From Paragordius varius (Eukaryota; Animalia; Nematomorpha): a stretch of DNA of 64,000 nt. Positions 50,036 to 64,000 of the stretch are shown one piece after another. Location of the stretch: positions 11,780,001-11,844,000 of the forward strand of contig OZ176054.1 in the NCBI GenBank assembly GCA_964247055.1, written 5' to 3'. Numbering within the stretch: position 1 is the first letter of the stretch; each line of letters starts with the position of its first letter. Below the pieces are notes generated by a model that did not search any database, was not told the DNA's origin, and worked only from the letters and a program-made list of their open reading frames with translations. Both the position numbers and the translations under genes were made by a program.

Positions 50036-51205
50036 TTAAAAAATGATACAAATTAAACAATTTTGCTCTTCCTATTTAATGGTAGATAAATAAAAACGAT
50101 ATTTTACAAAAATGTTGTAGAATGAAAATGGCGTCGAAATAGCGGAACATTTATAACTAAATTATTTTTAAATTCGGCTTATTTATTATTTTTTTAGCGT
50201 AGAATTATAAATTTAATAGGTTTTTTTCAGTATAATATTTACCTAATAGTCTGCACTAGTTTGATTCGAAGTATTAAATCGTGAATAAAAACAAAATAAA
50301 TGTATGGTTGAAAAAAATAAACAATTAACTTTAAAAAAGTTGTGAATTGCAATATACCACAAATATCATATTCATTTTATAATAATAACCATTCATTACA
50401 ATCGCGTTTTAGTATTCTGAACAGTTAAAGTTAGACTATCTTTAAGTGTTCGTATCTAATACAGGTGAATGTAGTTTAATAATTTAATTTCAACCAAAAC
50501 AACATTCAACCTCATTTTGTTTACTACTTTAAACTTTGGGGTACAAATATTATTCCAAATGTCATCGCAAAAAAATATGGTAATAAGGAGCCCTTCTTAA
50601 ATTGGTACATGTTTTAAGCTGCCGCTACATTAAAGTGCCTCAGTATATAAATAGTGGCTATAACTGAAGGTTTTTCCATTTATTGAAAATATAATCGATT
50701 TATGCTATTGTCGACCAAGTCAGAGCACCGGACAGGGCCCAACAATATTATTGGATATTGTTATTTGCCAAATGAGCTAAATATGCTATTTCTCGACCCT
50801 TTACGATTAGTATAATTCTCTTATATCCAAGGTAACCCCAAAATCCAAACTTTGAAAATCCTTAACATTTTTGAACCAAAGTATATATTTTTTAATGACC
50901 AAGATTTTATCCATTGTATACAATGCTGAAAATAAACTGTTTTATTAGATTCATATCAATGAAGACATAAGATGATGATTAAGACAATGATTTCTGCACG
51001 AAAGAGATAACCTTTTGATATCCATTTATCCTAAAATTTCCTTAATACAAAAAATTGGTTAGTTTAACCAGATAAGAAAGCACTCATTAAAATAGAAATA
51101 TTTTTTATAAATTTATTGTTTAAACAATACATTATAATATAAACACATACAATATGGATGGACAATACAACTATAAATAATAATGCAAATAAAAATAAAA
51201 TTTAT

Positions 51206-54200
51206 TTAAATTTCTCCGACCGAAGATATCCAATTTTCTATGCTAAGTGCGGACCTTAACATACTATCCCGTAAAACATTTAGTGCATGGAGCTTAGCTT
51301 TCCGTACCAAAGTATTAATCTCTTTTTCGGTTTCAGGGTTTTTAAAGTCTTTATCCTGATTACATGCTCCTTTACTATTACTTGGTAAGACCGGTTTCTC
51401 AATATCAATCCAACTTTCTAAACCATTTCTATCCATATCATCATTGGCAGAAGGCAACGTATTTTTTGTCGATTCCGTTGAAGAACGTGCTGCCATGCGC
51501 TTCACATGCTCAATAAAAGCGGCCGAATGAGAAAGTTTAGGTTTAAACGGTGGAGGTGGGATAACAAAAATTGGTTCAAGCTGCCCCTCAGTGTTGTTTT
51601 CATCACCACCGTTCATGCATTTTTGAGTTGGCCTTGTTTGACGCCTCCTATGTATGACAGGATACCCATTCTCATATTCAAACAGGTCGTCTTGTTGGCT
51701 ATCTTCTCCGAATCCCAATCCCGATCCCGCTAAAGTTTTTGCTTGATCCTTAGGCTGGACAGTTAAGCCCGGATAAATACCATCTTGTTCCGTTATAACG
51801 CCCCCAATTACAGTACCGTATGAGGGGATGGAGGAGGTATTTGATGGCACATTGGGATTATTTATGAATCCTCCTCTCATGCCACTCACTGCTCCACCAG
51901 ATAAGGGTAAAGTTGATGCCCCATTCAAATGGCCAGATCCAACAACAATTTGCCTTGACAGTTGATGTGGTCTACTTCCTCCAAAAGGTAATAATGATGA
52001 TGAAGGAACTGTAATAAATGGAAAAAGGTGTTAAAAAAGTTACCCAAAATTTGATAATAAAATTAATTATAAAAAATGCCGTTTGAAATAAAATGTTTGA
52101 TTGAACAAAGATAGAAAAGAACATTGATCATTATGTAAACTAACAAGCATTATTCGTATGAAAATTATTTCGACAAAAAAGCTCTTAATTATACATAAAT
52201 ATTATTTACAGCCAAGATTACCTAATAGTATAGAAAATACAATGTATGATTCCAATATATAATTAGTAATTTGATAAAAAGCTGAAATTTAACCTAATAT
52301 ATTTGTTTTAATGATAACTCTTAATTTAAATTATTAAAAATGCAAAATATAATTATTATAATTCCCAAAAAGGTGGTCAGTCATATCGAGAATTAATGTC
52401 TACATCTAAAAACAAAAAAATTCAAGTTAATTGTATACCATTAGGATTAAGCATGGGAGGAATATTATTGCCTGGGAGCTGATTAAGACCAAGCACACCT
52501 CCAAAATGGGTCGCCACAGAAGCCGCCGCCATATTAGATTGGGCAGACATGTTGTGAACTGCTCCGTGCTGATTAATCAAAGGTCCAGACATATTTGTTC
52601 CACTCATGTGCGAGAATGTTGTGTTTTGTGAATTATCATCTTCAAATCCGTGCATTGACGTATCATTACCACCACCCATTATACTTCCAATGCCACCTGT
52701 GTTAAGAGAGGCAGAATCTACTTGGCACGGACCAATATTATTGTTGACAGTATTAGGTAATTGAAGTCGGGGGCCTAATATCGTACCTTGCAATAACGCC
52801 TTACTCGACACAATAAAATTGGGGCTAATGTGTTCTGGGCGCAAGTTTCTGATCAATGCATTCCCAAAATGACTTTCACGCAAATGTCTTATGAGTCTGC
52901 CCTGGGTCAAAAACTTGGGTTCTTTGTCCTTATTCGTTTGTTTCCAACAATGAGCCCATTTACATGTATACTCTCCGTCCCGGGCTTTAATGTGGTCAGT
53001 TTGGAAGGTGACATGATCCACTAGATCTTGGAGTTCTGCAAACTGAAAATCACAATTTTCCCAAAGACAAGCATATATCCCATTCGCAAGGTACTGTTTA
53101 ATGGTAGGAGGAGGTGCTTGTGACGAAGCATTCAAAGACAGGTTAGACGTAGGCCGTAAATTATTACCACTTAAGTTCTGCTGCGCAAATTGGCCCGAAA
53201 AAGGTGTAGGTTCAGGAGGATGAACCGAAGATGGTGGTGGTCCAGCTGAATTATAAACCGATGGGATTATGGAGGGACTATAACCCGTAGTAGAATTCCT
53301 TTTAATCTTGTGGCTTCGTTTAATTAACTTTTGAATCCTTCGGGCCAATTTATCAGCCGGGGTAGCTGTCGTCCCAGGAGTTATGCTAAAATCATCAACG
53401 TCCGCCGAATCATTGCCACCACCATTCTGCGAATTTGGATTGACCGTCTTTCCATCTGGACCGACCCCAGATGCAAAATTAGTTTTTGTCACGAGTGCTT
53501 TAAGTTCATCACCCAAGGTATTAGCCTTATCCTCGTAAACTGCCTTCTCTTCAGCAGTTAACTGTTTCCACCCAGCTCCAATCATTTTACTGATTTGGCC
53601 AAAACGTTGGTCTGGATGTTTTTCCGTTAACTCTTGTCGTCGTTCCCCGGCATACATAATGTATCCGCTTGGTTTGGCCCGCTTTAGGATATAGTTGTAA
53701 TCTTCATCATCGAGCGATAACTTAAGTTGTTGCGAACAAAATTCTTTAATTTTTTCATCCACGGTTGACGTGTTTTCGCTATTGTTTCTAGATACGTGCG
53801 AAGCATTGTTTGTCGCAAGGGCATTGTTCATATTAAGATTGACCGACAAGTTATTGGGATTGGGGTGATCATGGGATAAACTGGTGGTGCCAGTTTCCCC
53901 AGTACTTCCAAAAAATACTTCAGCCATACTTGGTTTATTATTATTATTAACACTATGGTGTTGCTTATGGCTATTATTGATATTAACAACAGTCTTACTG
54001 TTTCGTGGCGTATTGTATACAATTGAATCCTTAGCATAATAGGTGTTTGTTGCCGATGTTGCAGCCAGTAAATTAGAAAGGGCCGAATGTTGGGAAATGG
54101 CGGATGATGTTTGACCATGTGGCATTGAACGCGCTCCATTATTTCCGCATGGTAAAAGACCAATTACTTGTTGGTTATTTTGTTGTGCCAAAAGATTTTG

Positions 54201-57200
54201 ATATGGACTGGCACATTCAGACGCTCTCCAAGCATCATTTTCATTATTTTTATAAGCTGCCGTCGTATGTTGTAATTTTTGCCCTGAATTAACAACGTTG
54301 TTTGTGTGCGGGGGAATGTTGGTATCAGTAGTATTATTGGTATTATTGTTATCATCATAAATTTCATTGTTATCAAAATGATACCATTCTTTCCGCAAAG
54401 CTTCATGGATCGGTTCACGCGGTGGTTTTTGTGCACAAATTGCTTCATACACAAATGGTAACAGGAATGGGTTATTAGCGGGTGGGTTATGAACCAAATA
54501 CTCGGGGTTAATTTGGTAACGACACACATACAAATCAGTTTCGTCAATTTGCGTTGGCCATTTACGGGAAAACGTTTCAGCCCCTAGGATATGAAGTTTA
54601 CGGCCTGACAGGGCGTAAGGGGAGTCAGACGAATTAGCTATCGTGATAATATTGCTCGCCATTGCTGGATTACTTCTATCATTGTTGGAAGAAAGGAGAA
54701 ACACGTCCTTGGCATTTTTAACGAAACCCGGGTTACTGTGTTTAGCTTGTTGTTCGATCATACGAACATCAACACCACTCGCCATATTATATGGGGGAAT
54801 TTTCGCCCCACTGTAAGCAAAAATGTCATAAGGGTTAAATGTAAACACACAACTTCCAGAACAACAAAGTATCTCCCGTCTCGAGGCTTGGGTATCACCT
54901 ACGATGTTTTGAACTGCTCTCGTAGTGGAGTATATACGATCTATTAATAAGATAAATGATACATTATTATTATTATTATCGGATGAGGCATTCTTCAATT
55001 GTACCAATACGTAATCTCCAACAGTCAAATGCATAAACAACTTTGGAGATGGTGTAGTTTGTGGATCCGCTCCTGTGCTAAGCTTACGTTTTTGATGTTG
55101 TGGCAAATTGGTATCAATCGTCAGTGGCCATTTTACACCCTCGTATTCTTTAGCAGCAGCAGCAGAGATTTTATCATCCGTATTGGAGTTATTTATTGCG
55201 GATGGAACCATATCCTCCAAAGATGTCGGAAAGTCAGGGACAATCGACGTTTGTTGCACAAATTGTGTAAAACTTCGATCGGCAAAAACGGAAGGCGTTT
55301 GCCGTACCAAAACAAGCGGTGTTTCCCGAGCCACAAATGTTATTGGCGATGGCCTACAACCAAGCGCAACATCCGAAGAAGGTGATATGTGATGCCAATG
55401 TTTAATGCGTTTGAAAGCTTTGAGCTTAGTAAAGTATCGTGATTCACAAACAAACACATCTTTGTTATCAAACTGCGGCGGTGTTTTGTACTTTATGTAA
55501 TCCTTGTAAAATAGGACGAGACACTTCCCTCGAACGCGAGATGGGTGTATCCGTTCAAACACATCACTCTTAAAAACTTCTTGGGCAAAAAATCGTTTGT
55601 TAGCTGGGTGAAACGTTTCATAGGGTCGATAAAACCAGCATCCATGAATATACAACTGGGCTGGAGCTGTGTTATCCACACCACTATTTGTGTTATGCTT
55701 AATTTTTTCCTCGCGTGGGAAAGATTGTATACACATTATATGGGGATCGGGGATACCTAGAAAAACGATAAAAAAATGTATAAGATACAGTGTGAGTAAC
55801 TATACATTGCTAGTTTTTCATTAAATAGTTCCATAAAGCCTATAGAGCAAAAAAATATCAAAGAATAGCAGGAAAAAGCAAAAAAATAACTTTACGCCCA
55901 TAATATTTCTCTTAGGGCATTAAGGAAAAACTGGTTAAGTATTTTTATTCTGGTACGTATAACGTCTAAATCAGTAAAACTTACTTTTAAAAAATAAAAT
56001 AGAATGTATGCTAATATTTTCTTCATTTAAATCTTTTTGTTTTCAAGTACGTTTTATCTTTAATACAAAAATTAGGCATATACCTTTATCCTTGGGCTCA
56101 TAGTAAATGAAATCTCCAACGCTAAGTGTCATCCCATTAATTTCATGCGTTTCAAGCGGTTCATCGTCAGGACCTCCACGTTTCCAGTCCCCAAAGCTGC
56201 TATTGACATCGTTCGAATTGCTATTCGTTTCTACCAAATCCATTGAAATACCATTATTTTCATCTATAATACCATCTTCAAGTTTTACATTGCTAACGCC
56301 TGAGTTTTGCTCTGAAGTCGCAATTTTAGTAGTTGTCGTCGTATCATACAAATGTTTCCAAAGTAGTTCAGGTAGCTCATGAACAAAATACTGTATGTTA
56401 TTGCCCTTATCAGTTTTGGAGAAAGCAAGGGCAGATTTAAGCACAAAAAATTTGTTAAAACTCACCACGGAACCAGGGAGAACGTTAGGAGCATTAGATG
56501 AGGATGCTCTTTTAACCAGTCTTAAACAATACTTATCACGCAGGGCAAAATATCTATACACCAAAGCTATGACGGCTTTATACTTTTCATTCGTATTGGG
56601 TAAACTGGGAACAACTAAGGATGCCGAGGGTTGTTCATTTACATCATCCATACTATTCAATTGCTTTTTATGGTTCAAGGATGCGTCGAATTCACATTTT
56701 ATGGCATGGAGAATGTAATACATGGCTTTGCTTAAAAAGTATAGCATATGCTCTTGAAAGATATCTAATCGTTCATACTTATTCATATCCAAGTACCGTT
56801 TAATAATTTCAAGGGTCATAGGGTTATCCCGATACAACGGATTAAAATAGAGTTTGGGTAAATCCAAAAATTTATCTGTGAAAGCTTGTTGACATTCTTG
56901 CAGCAAATCACTGTAGTAGGTGGTAGTAGTTGTTCCATCTTTGTACGTAACAACACCAACGAAAATACTTATAAAGAGTGCTTTAGTCCGTAATTTGACA
57001 TCGGGTTTACCAGCCATCTCTTCACACAACTCGGTACGTTTATCCTGGACAAATTTGTACAAGATAAGGGCATCCTTGTAAATGATCGATTCGGGGTCAT
57101 TGAAAGCAAATGCATTGCTTAGCATGAGATCTAGGTCGGCAAAAAACTCTTGGGCATTCTGATAAGTCGCATTTCCGCTTGATTCAGCCGAGGACGGTGG

Positions 57201-59990
57201 TGTGGATTGTTGTTGAGATGGGACATAACATAGCTTATAGTTAACGGTGGTTAAATCAATTGGATGCGTTATAATTTGATAGTATTCTGGGTATTCACTC
57301 CTACTCGGGCGTTTAACGAAAGCCGAAGCAAACACTTTTTTCGTGGTTGGATCACTCAAGTTAACAAGTTCGTTGTAAATGCCTTTCATACGATTCCGGA
57401 GGGCCCGGGCAAATACTTCAGTTTGATTAGGACCGGCGACATTCGTATTAGCGATTATTGGAGTTAACTGTTGATGGTGTTGCTGATTGTGTGCCAATGA
57501 CGTATTGGCGACTCCAGCGGTTTTTGCCATAGAAGAAGACTGTTGAGGAGTATTAGCGTAACTATTTGGGGCAATCAAATTCTGCTGCTGAGTTGTTGAC
57601 ATAAACTGGTTTTGTTGTTGTGAAAATGACCTTTCCTGCTCCAAAATCTCCTTGAAACGAACATTGTTAACAATGTAGTCTTGGAGGAGACAAGCGGCCC
57701 GATGTGCTACACGGAAATCTACTGGGGCATTGATAGCCGGATTGATTGCTATAGCATGAGGATTTTGTCCATTGTATATTTGGAGCTTGAATGCTTCCAA
57801 GATACGATAAATATCATCGAGTAGCTTAGTGGGTGAAGTGTAATGGCCAGCCCTTAAAGCCTTTTCCACATCAGTCAAATCAACGAAAGTTGGAATGGTG
57901 TGGGACTTTTTGGTGAAGTAAAGTACCAAATTGTAGTTTGTTTCATCCTTGAGTTGAACAATGTCATTGAACATGTACACCACCTAAAAAACAAAATCAG
58001 TATATTTTGTAAACACCTTTGAATGCAACGATATATAAAAGTAACAATGTTATAACATTTTATGTTATAAGAAGGATCATAACACAGTTATATATAACAT
58101 ATAAGGTTTAAATAATATACAGTATAATATTGTCCCCCCTATATAATCATTGCCAAATAAAGCCGGAAAATATCCAAAATTACAATTATGCCTTATAAAC
58201 TAAATAAAAAATATATAAAACTTTAAAATATATTATACGTTTCGTTAATAAGTCGTAAATATGGAAAATATAAAATATAAGGTTTTCAAAAAAGGGTTAC
58301 AAAAAAACGAAATAAAAAATTAAAATATATTAAGCTGTATGCATTCAGTACCTGTTGAGCTATTCGTGCGTTATGTGTCACGGTTAATGCATTATTGTTT
58401 GGAGGATTGGCAGACGATAAAAATTGGTTATTGTTTGGTGCTGATGCGGATGTTTGTTGCCAATTAGAAGCCATTTGATTTGAAGAATTTGGCATTGCAT
58501 TTCCATTATTAGTATTATTACTGATGGATGATGTGTTAGCTACATTTGTGTAATTTAACATACCGTGATATTTTTCGCGACCAGGTTCCTCCTTAATGTG
58601 AATCATGGTTCGAACTGGTCGGCCCTTTTTCCTGGGTGGTTCACTGCTAATACTGCTATTAGCATTATTATTGTTGTTAAAATTATTTTCGGAAACAGTC
58701 TGATGATGACCATACTCTGATTTTATTGGGGTATTTTGGCTTTGATTTGGCTGAAAATTCCCGGAGGTAACAGCAACACCCTTTTGTGGAAGCTTATTTA
58801 GACTGGCATCGATATCATCCAGTTTGCTAATGTAATCAGACGGGACCTGTAAATTCATTTGAGGGATTAGACCACGGACATATTTTTTGAAGTAAGCCGC
58901 ATCCCGATAAATTTTACTGTTTGGCATATTGTAAATCATGGCATTGTTAAACATGGTATATAAATCATCCAACAATTCCACCACCGATGTGTAAGCATTT
59001 TTACGGATCTTACCTTGGATTTGGGTCATAGCAACTGGTCGTGCAATCTCCTCATAATAATCGGGATAATGATAAGATGAGGGCAATCTATAAAACGGTT
59101 CATACAGCAATTCGGTCGAACCCGGTTTAGCTAAGGGATGTTTGAGAGTTTTAATTTTCTCAAAAATTGTGTGATACATATCTTCATGATAATCCATGGA
59201 CATTGACTGATTATTTTGACTAACACTACTTTGCTTACTAATGGAACTTTGTGTTTCATCATCGTCACTTATAATTGATGTCTCAAGCCTACGTGAACGT
59301 GTTGTACGTTTTTCTGATGAAGATGGACCCTTGCTCAAAGAACTGTTAGGATCCTTAGAAAATTTTTTAATGAGTTCAAGTTTTTTTATAGCGTAAGTTT
59401 TGTTTAACTGCTTACCAAGGCGAAAAATCCATGAGCCGGGTTCATTGTATAATTTAGCGTTGTCTACCAATAGCTTCATATCATTGTGAAGTGCTTCAAG
59501 TGAGGAATATTGATTGTTTTCGGCTTTAGCCATCATTTGTGTCAAATCAATGGGCTGTTTAACAATCTCATAATAATCGGGATATTGGCTAATGGATGGA
59601 AGATTAATAAATGGTTCAAATAATAATTGTCCAGTTTTAGAATCAACAAAATCAATTAGGAATGAAACAAGCTCATAAATAATTGTAGACTCATCCTCGT
59701 TAGGTATTTTTTTGTTTTTTCCTCCTTTTATATTTTCGTCATCATCAAAATCTAATTGTGAATCCTCGGTTCCACTCTCCATATGAATAGAAAATAGTTA
59801 TGAATGTATTAAATAAAAGGTGTTAGAAAATATTTTTGATCTTCTAATCTATTTTTTCAAAGTTGTGTAATATTTTGTCAATAAATACCTGAGCTAATTT
59901 ATTGACGTAAATAACTTAAGGTATAACAAAGCCAAAAATATGTTTAGAATTCCTAATTTTAAATTATAACCGAAAACCGTTATCAAAATA

Positions 59991-60032
<42 letters not shown>

Positions 60033-60602
60033 ATTAATTAACCCTCATGTGGCAGGATAGATATTTTTATAACTTTTTTACGTCCTGGGTGCACACCGAA
60101 ATTATTTAAGTGATATTTTATCTCAATAAATAAATTATGCTTTTTGTTTTAGGATTTACGAGTCATTTAAGAAAAACGATCATAAAATTAGCCTACTCTG
60201 TGCATTTTAAAATATTTTTGTGAAGGCTAGATGCTTAATTCCAAATATTAAAATAAATAATAGATTTAATATAAAAAGAAAAACATTATTTATAATTTGT
60301 TTTGGATTCGAAGAAAATTTCTTTTTTAAATATAGACTACTTTCTATTAAATATATGTACGTAAAACTGCTTATCTTTTTCGATATTAATAATAAATATA
60401 CCTGTCTGTAAAAAAATATCCTGATGAATTATACGTTCTGATAAGTAATATGTATAGGAATTATTATTGTGTTTCTTTTGGTTTTGGGTCTTAAGAGTGT
60501 TATAAGAAAGCATTAACCACTTTTGTGGTAACTGCTCCATATCAGAAAATGGTAAAATATGTACCCGTTTAAATAATTTGGCGAAAGATAAATGCTTCAT
60601 TC
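51206..60602 (-). CDS. PBRM1: Polybromo-1 / BAF180 (bromodomains, two BAH, HMG box, C-terminal C2H2 fingers); 5' exons unresolved
   Basis: BD2-like (LPSISQYPDYY..NAKLYNEPGS), BD3-like (EPFYRLPS..YNMPNS), BD5-like (PSRSEYPEYY..FNDPESIIYKDA), BD6-like (YERLDIFQEHM), BAH1 (GCWFYRPYET..VFVCESRY), divergent BAH2, HMG (PSGYIMY..ISKMIGAGWKQL), YACLWENC finger. A probable partial BD1 exon lies at 60402-60602. Confidence 0.93.
59997..60028. repeat. (TA)n microsatellite
   Basis: Perfect TA run. Confidence 0.9.
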
Positions 60603-62817
60603 CTAAAAATATAGCAAAACATATCATAAAAGCAAAAAAATATTTAAAATATATTTTATATGCGGGCTCCTAAAGTTCCGAGTTTTTGTACCTGTCCAAT
60701 GGACAAGTTCTCTTAAAGGCGAAAAAACCGAGATAGCACGGTTAATATTTGTATTTAGACTATATGACATCAAAACTCAAAAAAAGTATGTTTTGTATGA
60801 AAATTTAATTTATAGCAAACTTTGGTGAAGCGAGTTTTATGGTATTATGGAGGATGGTATCATATTTTAAATTTAAAAGTTTGATCGCGCTATTTGGACG
60901 ATTTTAAAATATATTAAATTCAAATTTAAAAAACAAATATTTTAATCAACTTCTGAGGTAACAGAAATGTTCACCATCATCAACTTTTACAGAAAAGTAC
61001 TTTGGTAATGTCAAAAAGTGTTTTTATAACGTTTTCCTACCCTAATACTTCACGACCTTTTGAGGGTAGTTTTATAACCCAGGGCCATTAAAATTTTAAA
61101 TATCCTAATTTAAAAATATGCTTGAGAATATATTATTAAAGAATATAAAATTGTAAAAAAATAGTCACTCAATTTTGCGCCACCATTCTTTTTAATGCGT
61201 GAATACAAAGAGACAAATAAATGGATATTAGGGTTGAAAATGTAAATAATTATTTTTGAAAAAATTTTAAGTTACGATTCGCCAGAATTTTTTAGTATTT
61301 ATTATATCAGCTGTTCGTTTCGAACATGTTGAGATATGAATGAGAATACGGTGTTTAAATAGCATGAAGTAGGCTCAAATAATTTTCTAAAAATTAAATT
61401 TTATGAAGTATGCATTTGTTAAAAAAAATATGTCTTTTCATCCCATAATCTAAATAAAAAAATTCATCGCGAAATCTCGACATTTTCGCTATTAAGAGAA
61501 GTAGCCTATTTTAGAAGGGAATAAAAATTTTTGAGCCTATACTCAATTTTAAAATATAACAATATTTTGCTTTTAAAATTTAGCTTTTTAATATATTTTG
61601 ATGATATTTTTTTGAAGCGTTTAGCTTTCACCAATAAAATTTAATAAGCAAATTTTGAGAATTTTGATATAAAGCAATTAGCATAAAACTGTAAAAAATT
61701 TTCTTGAATGACTCGTAAAGCCCATAACTAAAAACACCCCGAGAAATCTGATGCATTTATCCATTAGAAAGTACATATTTCATCATGATTTTTATGTAAA
61801 TTGTGTAACATGCTGCAATCTAGTTAGAATTTAGGTGCTATTGAAGGATCCATAATAGTTAGCAAAACATAGTTGTTTTATCCACAAGAGAGCGTTTATA
61901 TTTATTTTGAGCAGAGATTCCATATATTTTTTATATAAGGTTAATTAAATTTGTGAAATTTTTATACATTTTGCTAATATTATATCAAATTTATCATCTA
62001 TTTCACACTTTTCAATGTTATATCATTCTATGTTTTAAGAATTCTTATTTATAGATATGATTAGTCTGCTTTAAAATTTGACGGATTTTACCAATTGTTT
62101 GCCCATTTAGATCTTTGGCATATATTTGAATGATACCTATTTCCTTTCACTTTTTAACATTTTCAGATGACTTTTTTGTATGAGATGAATAGTATCATAA
62201 AACTTATGTAAAAATCTTGTCGGCAAAACTAAGTTGTATTAACTATTTGAATAACCATGGTTTGATAATACTGCATTAACACCTTTTCAACCTTGATGTA
62301 CCTTTTAAATTTATACTTGTTTTTCTTTAATTTCAAATCACTTTTATTTTCTATTTTCGGACCAAAAATAAGCAAACAAATATATAAAATACATATTTTT
62401 TCGCAAATCGCTTCTCTATAATATAAATATATACTTGATATCGTATTTACCTGTAGAAAAAATATTTTTTATTTCAAATAAATTAAAGGTGTAAAAATAA
62501 TTTTTTCAAACATAAACGTAAAAGTATACATAAATCAGTATTATCTACCTATTATTTATTTATTTACAAAAATTCGCATTAATACTATGAGCTTGGTTTA
62601 CAAATACGGTGTACATGTTATTATCAATATTAATTTTGTGTAAAAAATTGGTTATCAATACAAATTCAATCCAAATAATATAAGAATATTTTATAGATAT
62701 TCCTGGTCAATGAAATTATTATTTTTTAATACCAGCTAAATGTTACACAATTTGAGAAGTTATAAACACATTAATATATATTCCACAAATTCGCATTTAT
62801 GATTTTAAAAATGAATA

Positions 62818-63732
62818 ATGCTGATTCCCTTTTCGTCTTTCGACAAAACATACAAATCTATAACTAAAATTGAAAATATAACAAAGTTTAAAAATAGCTT
62901 TGAAATTGCCTTAACCAATGATAATAATCTATCAGATTTTCGGAGAAGAAAACTGTTGGATGTTCAAAAATTAACGGGAGTTGTTATCACTATGATATTA
63001 CTCTTAAGTATGCCTCTGAAATATGCCGAAACATTGGCATTGTATAGCAACGGTCTGTATGGAAAAATTTCAACAACTAATCCAGCCTCTTCCAAACCTT
63101 CTTCCGCACCAAAAACATTAATTAAACGGCCAAGTGGTAATGCTAAAACTGGGGACAATACCAACAAAAAAACCATGTTTGATGATTACTTTGGATTTTC
63201 AAATTCCATTTCAGATTCATATCCACAATCTAACGAAAGATATTCAATTCATGATTCCCAAACATCTAATCAACATTTAGACTCTTATAATCAACAAAAT
63301 CAACAACCACCTTCAAATACAAGAAATGAAGTCGCCGTTTTTGATAGAAATGTTGGAGGAGTGCGTATAAACAATGCACCTATCATTCCATTCGTGATTA
63401 AAGAAATGAGACCAAATTGCATTGAATTAGATATCAGAGCGTCTGGTTCTCCTACCCCAAGCGAACTATATCGAAAACAAAATATCTGGCCACCAATTCT
63501 AAAACAATTATTTGCCCTCTCAAACGATGAAGTGTTGAATAATCAAGGCCCGAATTTCGGTAATGAAATTATTAAATCTCCTACCTATAGCGTTGACATG
63601 ATGTATGATAAGCTAAAGAAAACGCAATTACCTGGCTTGATTTTTAACACAAATCAAAATATAATTTTTAAATACGATTATCATCGCTTCATGACAAAAG
63701 TAATAATTTATGTTATAAAAGTTTTCATATAA
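62818..63732 (+). CDS. Unidentified protein (probably a first large exon) with a hydrophobic signal/TM-like segment
   Basis: 304-codon ORF in very AT-rich DNA; segment LTGVVITMILLLSMPLKYA, then an S/P/N-rich linker and a more ordered region; probable donor (ACAAAA|GTAATA) near the end. No family recognised. Confidence 0.6.
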   Translation: MLIPFSSFDKTYKSITKIENITKFKNSFEIALTNDNNLSDFRRRKLLDVQKLTGVVITMILLLSMPLKYAETLALYSNGLYGKISTTNPASSKPSSAPKTLIKRPSGNAKTGDNTNKKTMFDDYFGFSNSISDSYPQSNERYSIHDSQTSNQHLDSYNQQNQQPPSNTRNEVAVFDRNVGGVRINNAPIIPFVIKEMRPNCIELDIRASGSPTPSELYRKQNIWPPILKQLFALSNDEVLNNQGPNFGNEIIKSPTYSVDMMYDKLKKTQLPGLIFNTNQNIIFKYDYHRFMTKVIIYVIKVFI

Positions 63733-64000
63733 TATGAATGACTTAAATTTTTGGATGGGAAGAAACCCAATTTCAAAGATTAATTAAAACAGTTGAGTAA
63801 CGCCTTTTTAGAATTAAAATTACTCTTTACTTTAAAGTAAACAGAATTTTTACTCCACAATACATAGCGCTTTTGTAAATTTTTATTAAAATTTGGTATA
63901 AATTTAAATTACGTGTATAAATTGAAAACATTTATACTTTTTTTGCCTTAATTTTAAAATATATATATTTATATTATATCTGCAAATATCCTTACAACAC

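Noticed and set aside
52431-57467. Numerous short ORFs on both strands within PBRM1 exons
   Set aside because: Alternative-frame or antisense by-products of GC-richer coding DNA
62060-62240. Possible first PBRM1 exon (FLHKFYDTIH resembles the BD1 start)
   Set aside because: No splice path was found that keeps similarity and frame; too weak to call
1-64000. tRNA, rRNA, snRNA genes and a firm taxon assignment
   Set aside because: No recognisable RNA-gene motifs were seen. Tiny introns and low GC suggest a reduced animal lineage but do not identify one.

Overview
Very AT-rich eukaryotic window using the standard genetic code, with an animal-type gene set. The organism cannot be identified from sequence alone. 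Gene order: MON2 (minus, runs off the left edge), a stand-alone Trm9/ALKBH8-type tRNA methyltransferase (minus) head-to-head with alpha-SNAP/NAPA (plus), ZCCHC4 (minus), a ~12-finger C2H2 zinc-finger gene (minus), NOLC1/Nopp140 (minus), Polybromo-1 (minus) and an unidentified plus-strand ORF at the right edge. Introns are bimodal: a class of 21-30 nt GT-AG introns, concentrated at gene 5' ends, plus longer introns that often hold MITEs. The most striking locus is 34999-38473, a full-length RTE-type LINE with an intact ORF. It starts with a complete HDV-like ribozyme fold lacking P4, has a PHD finger inside its RT domain, and sits antisense inside the zinc-finger coding sequence. Its two ends supply in-phase GT/AG sites that could splice the whole element out and restore the host reading frame. 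Also present: a TA-flanked palindromic Tc1/IS630 derivative, several MITE families, a decayed BovB-like RTE fragment and a ~160/320-bp higher-order tandem array. All calls are by eye; nothing was searched or folded computationally.
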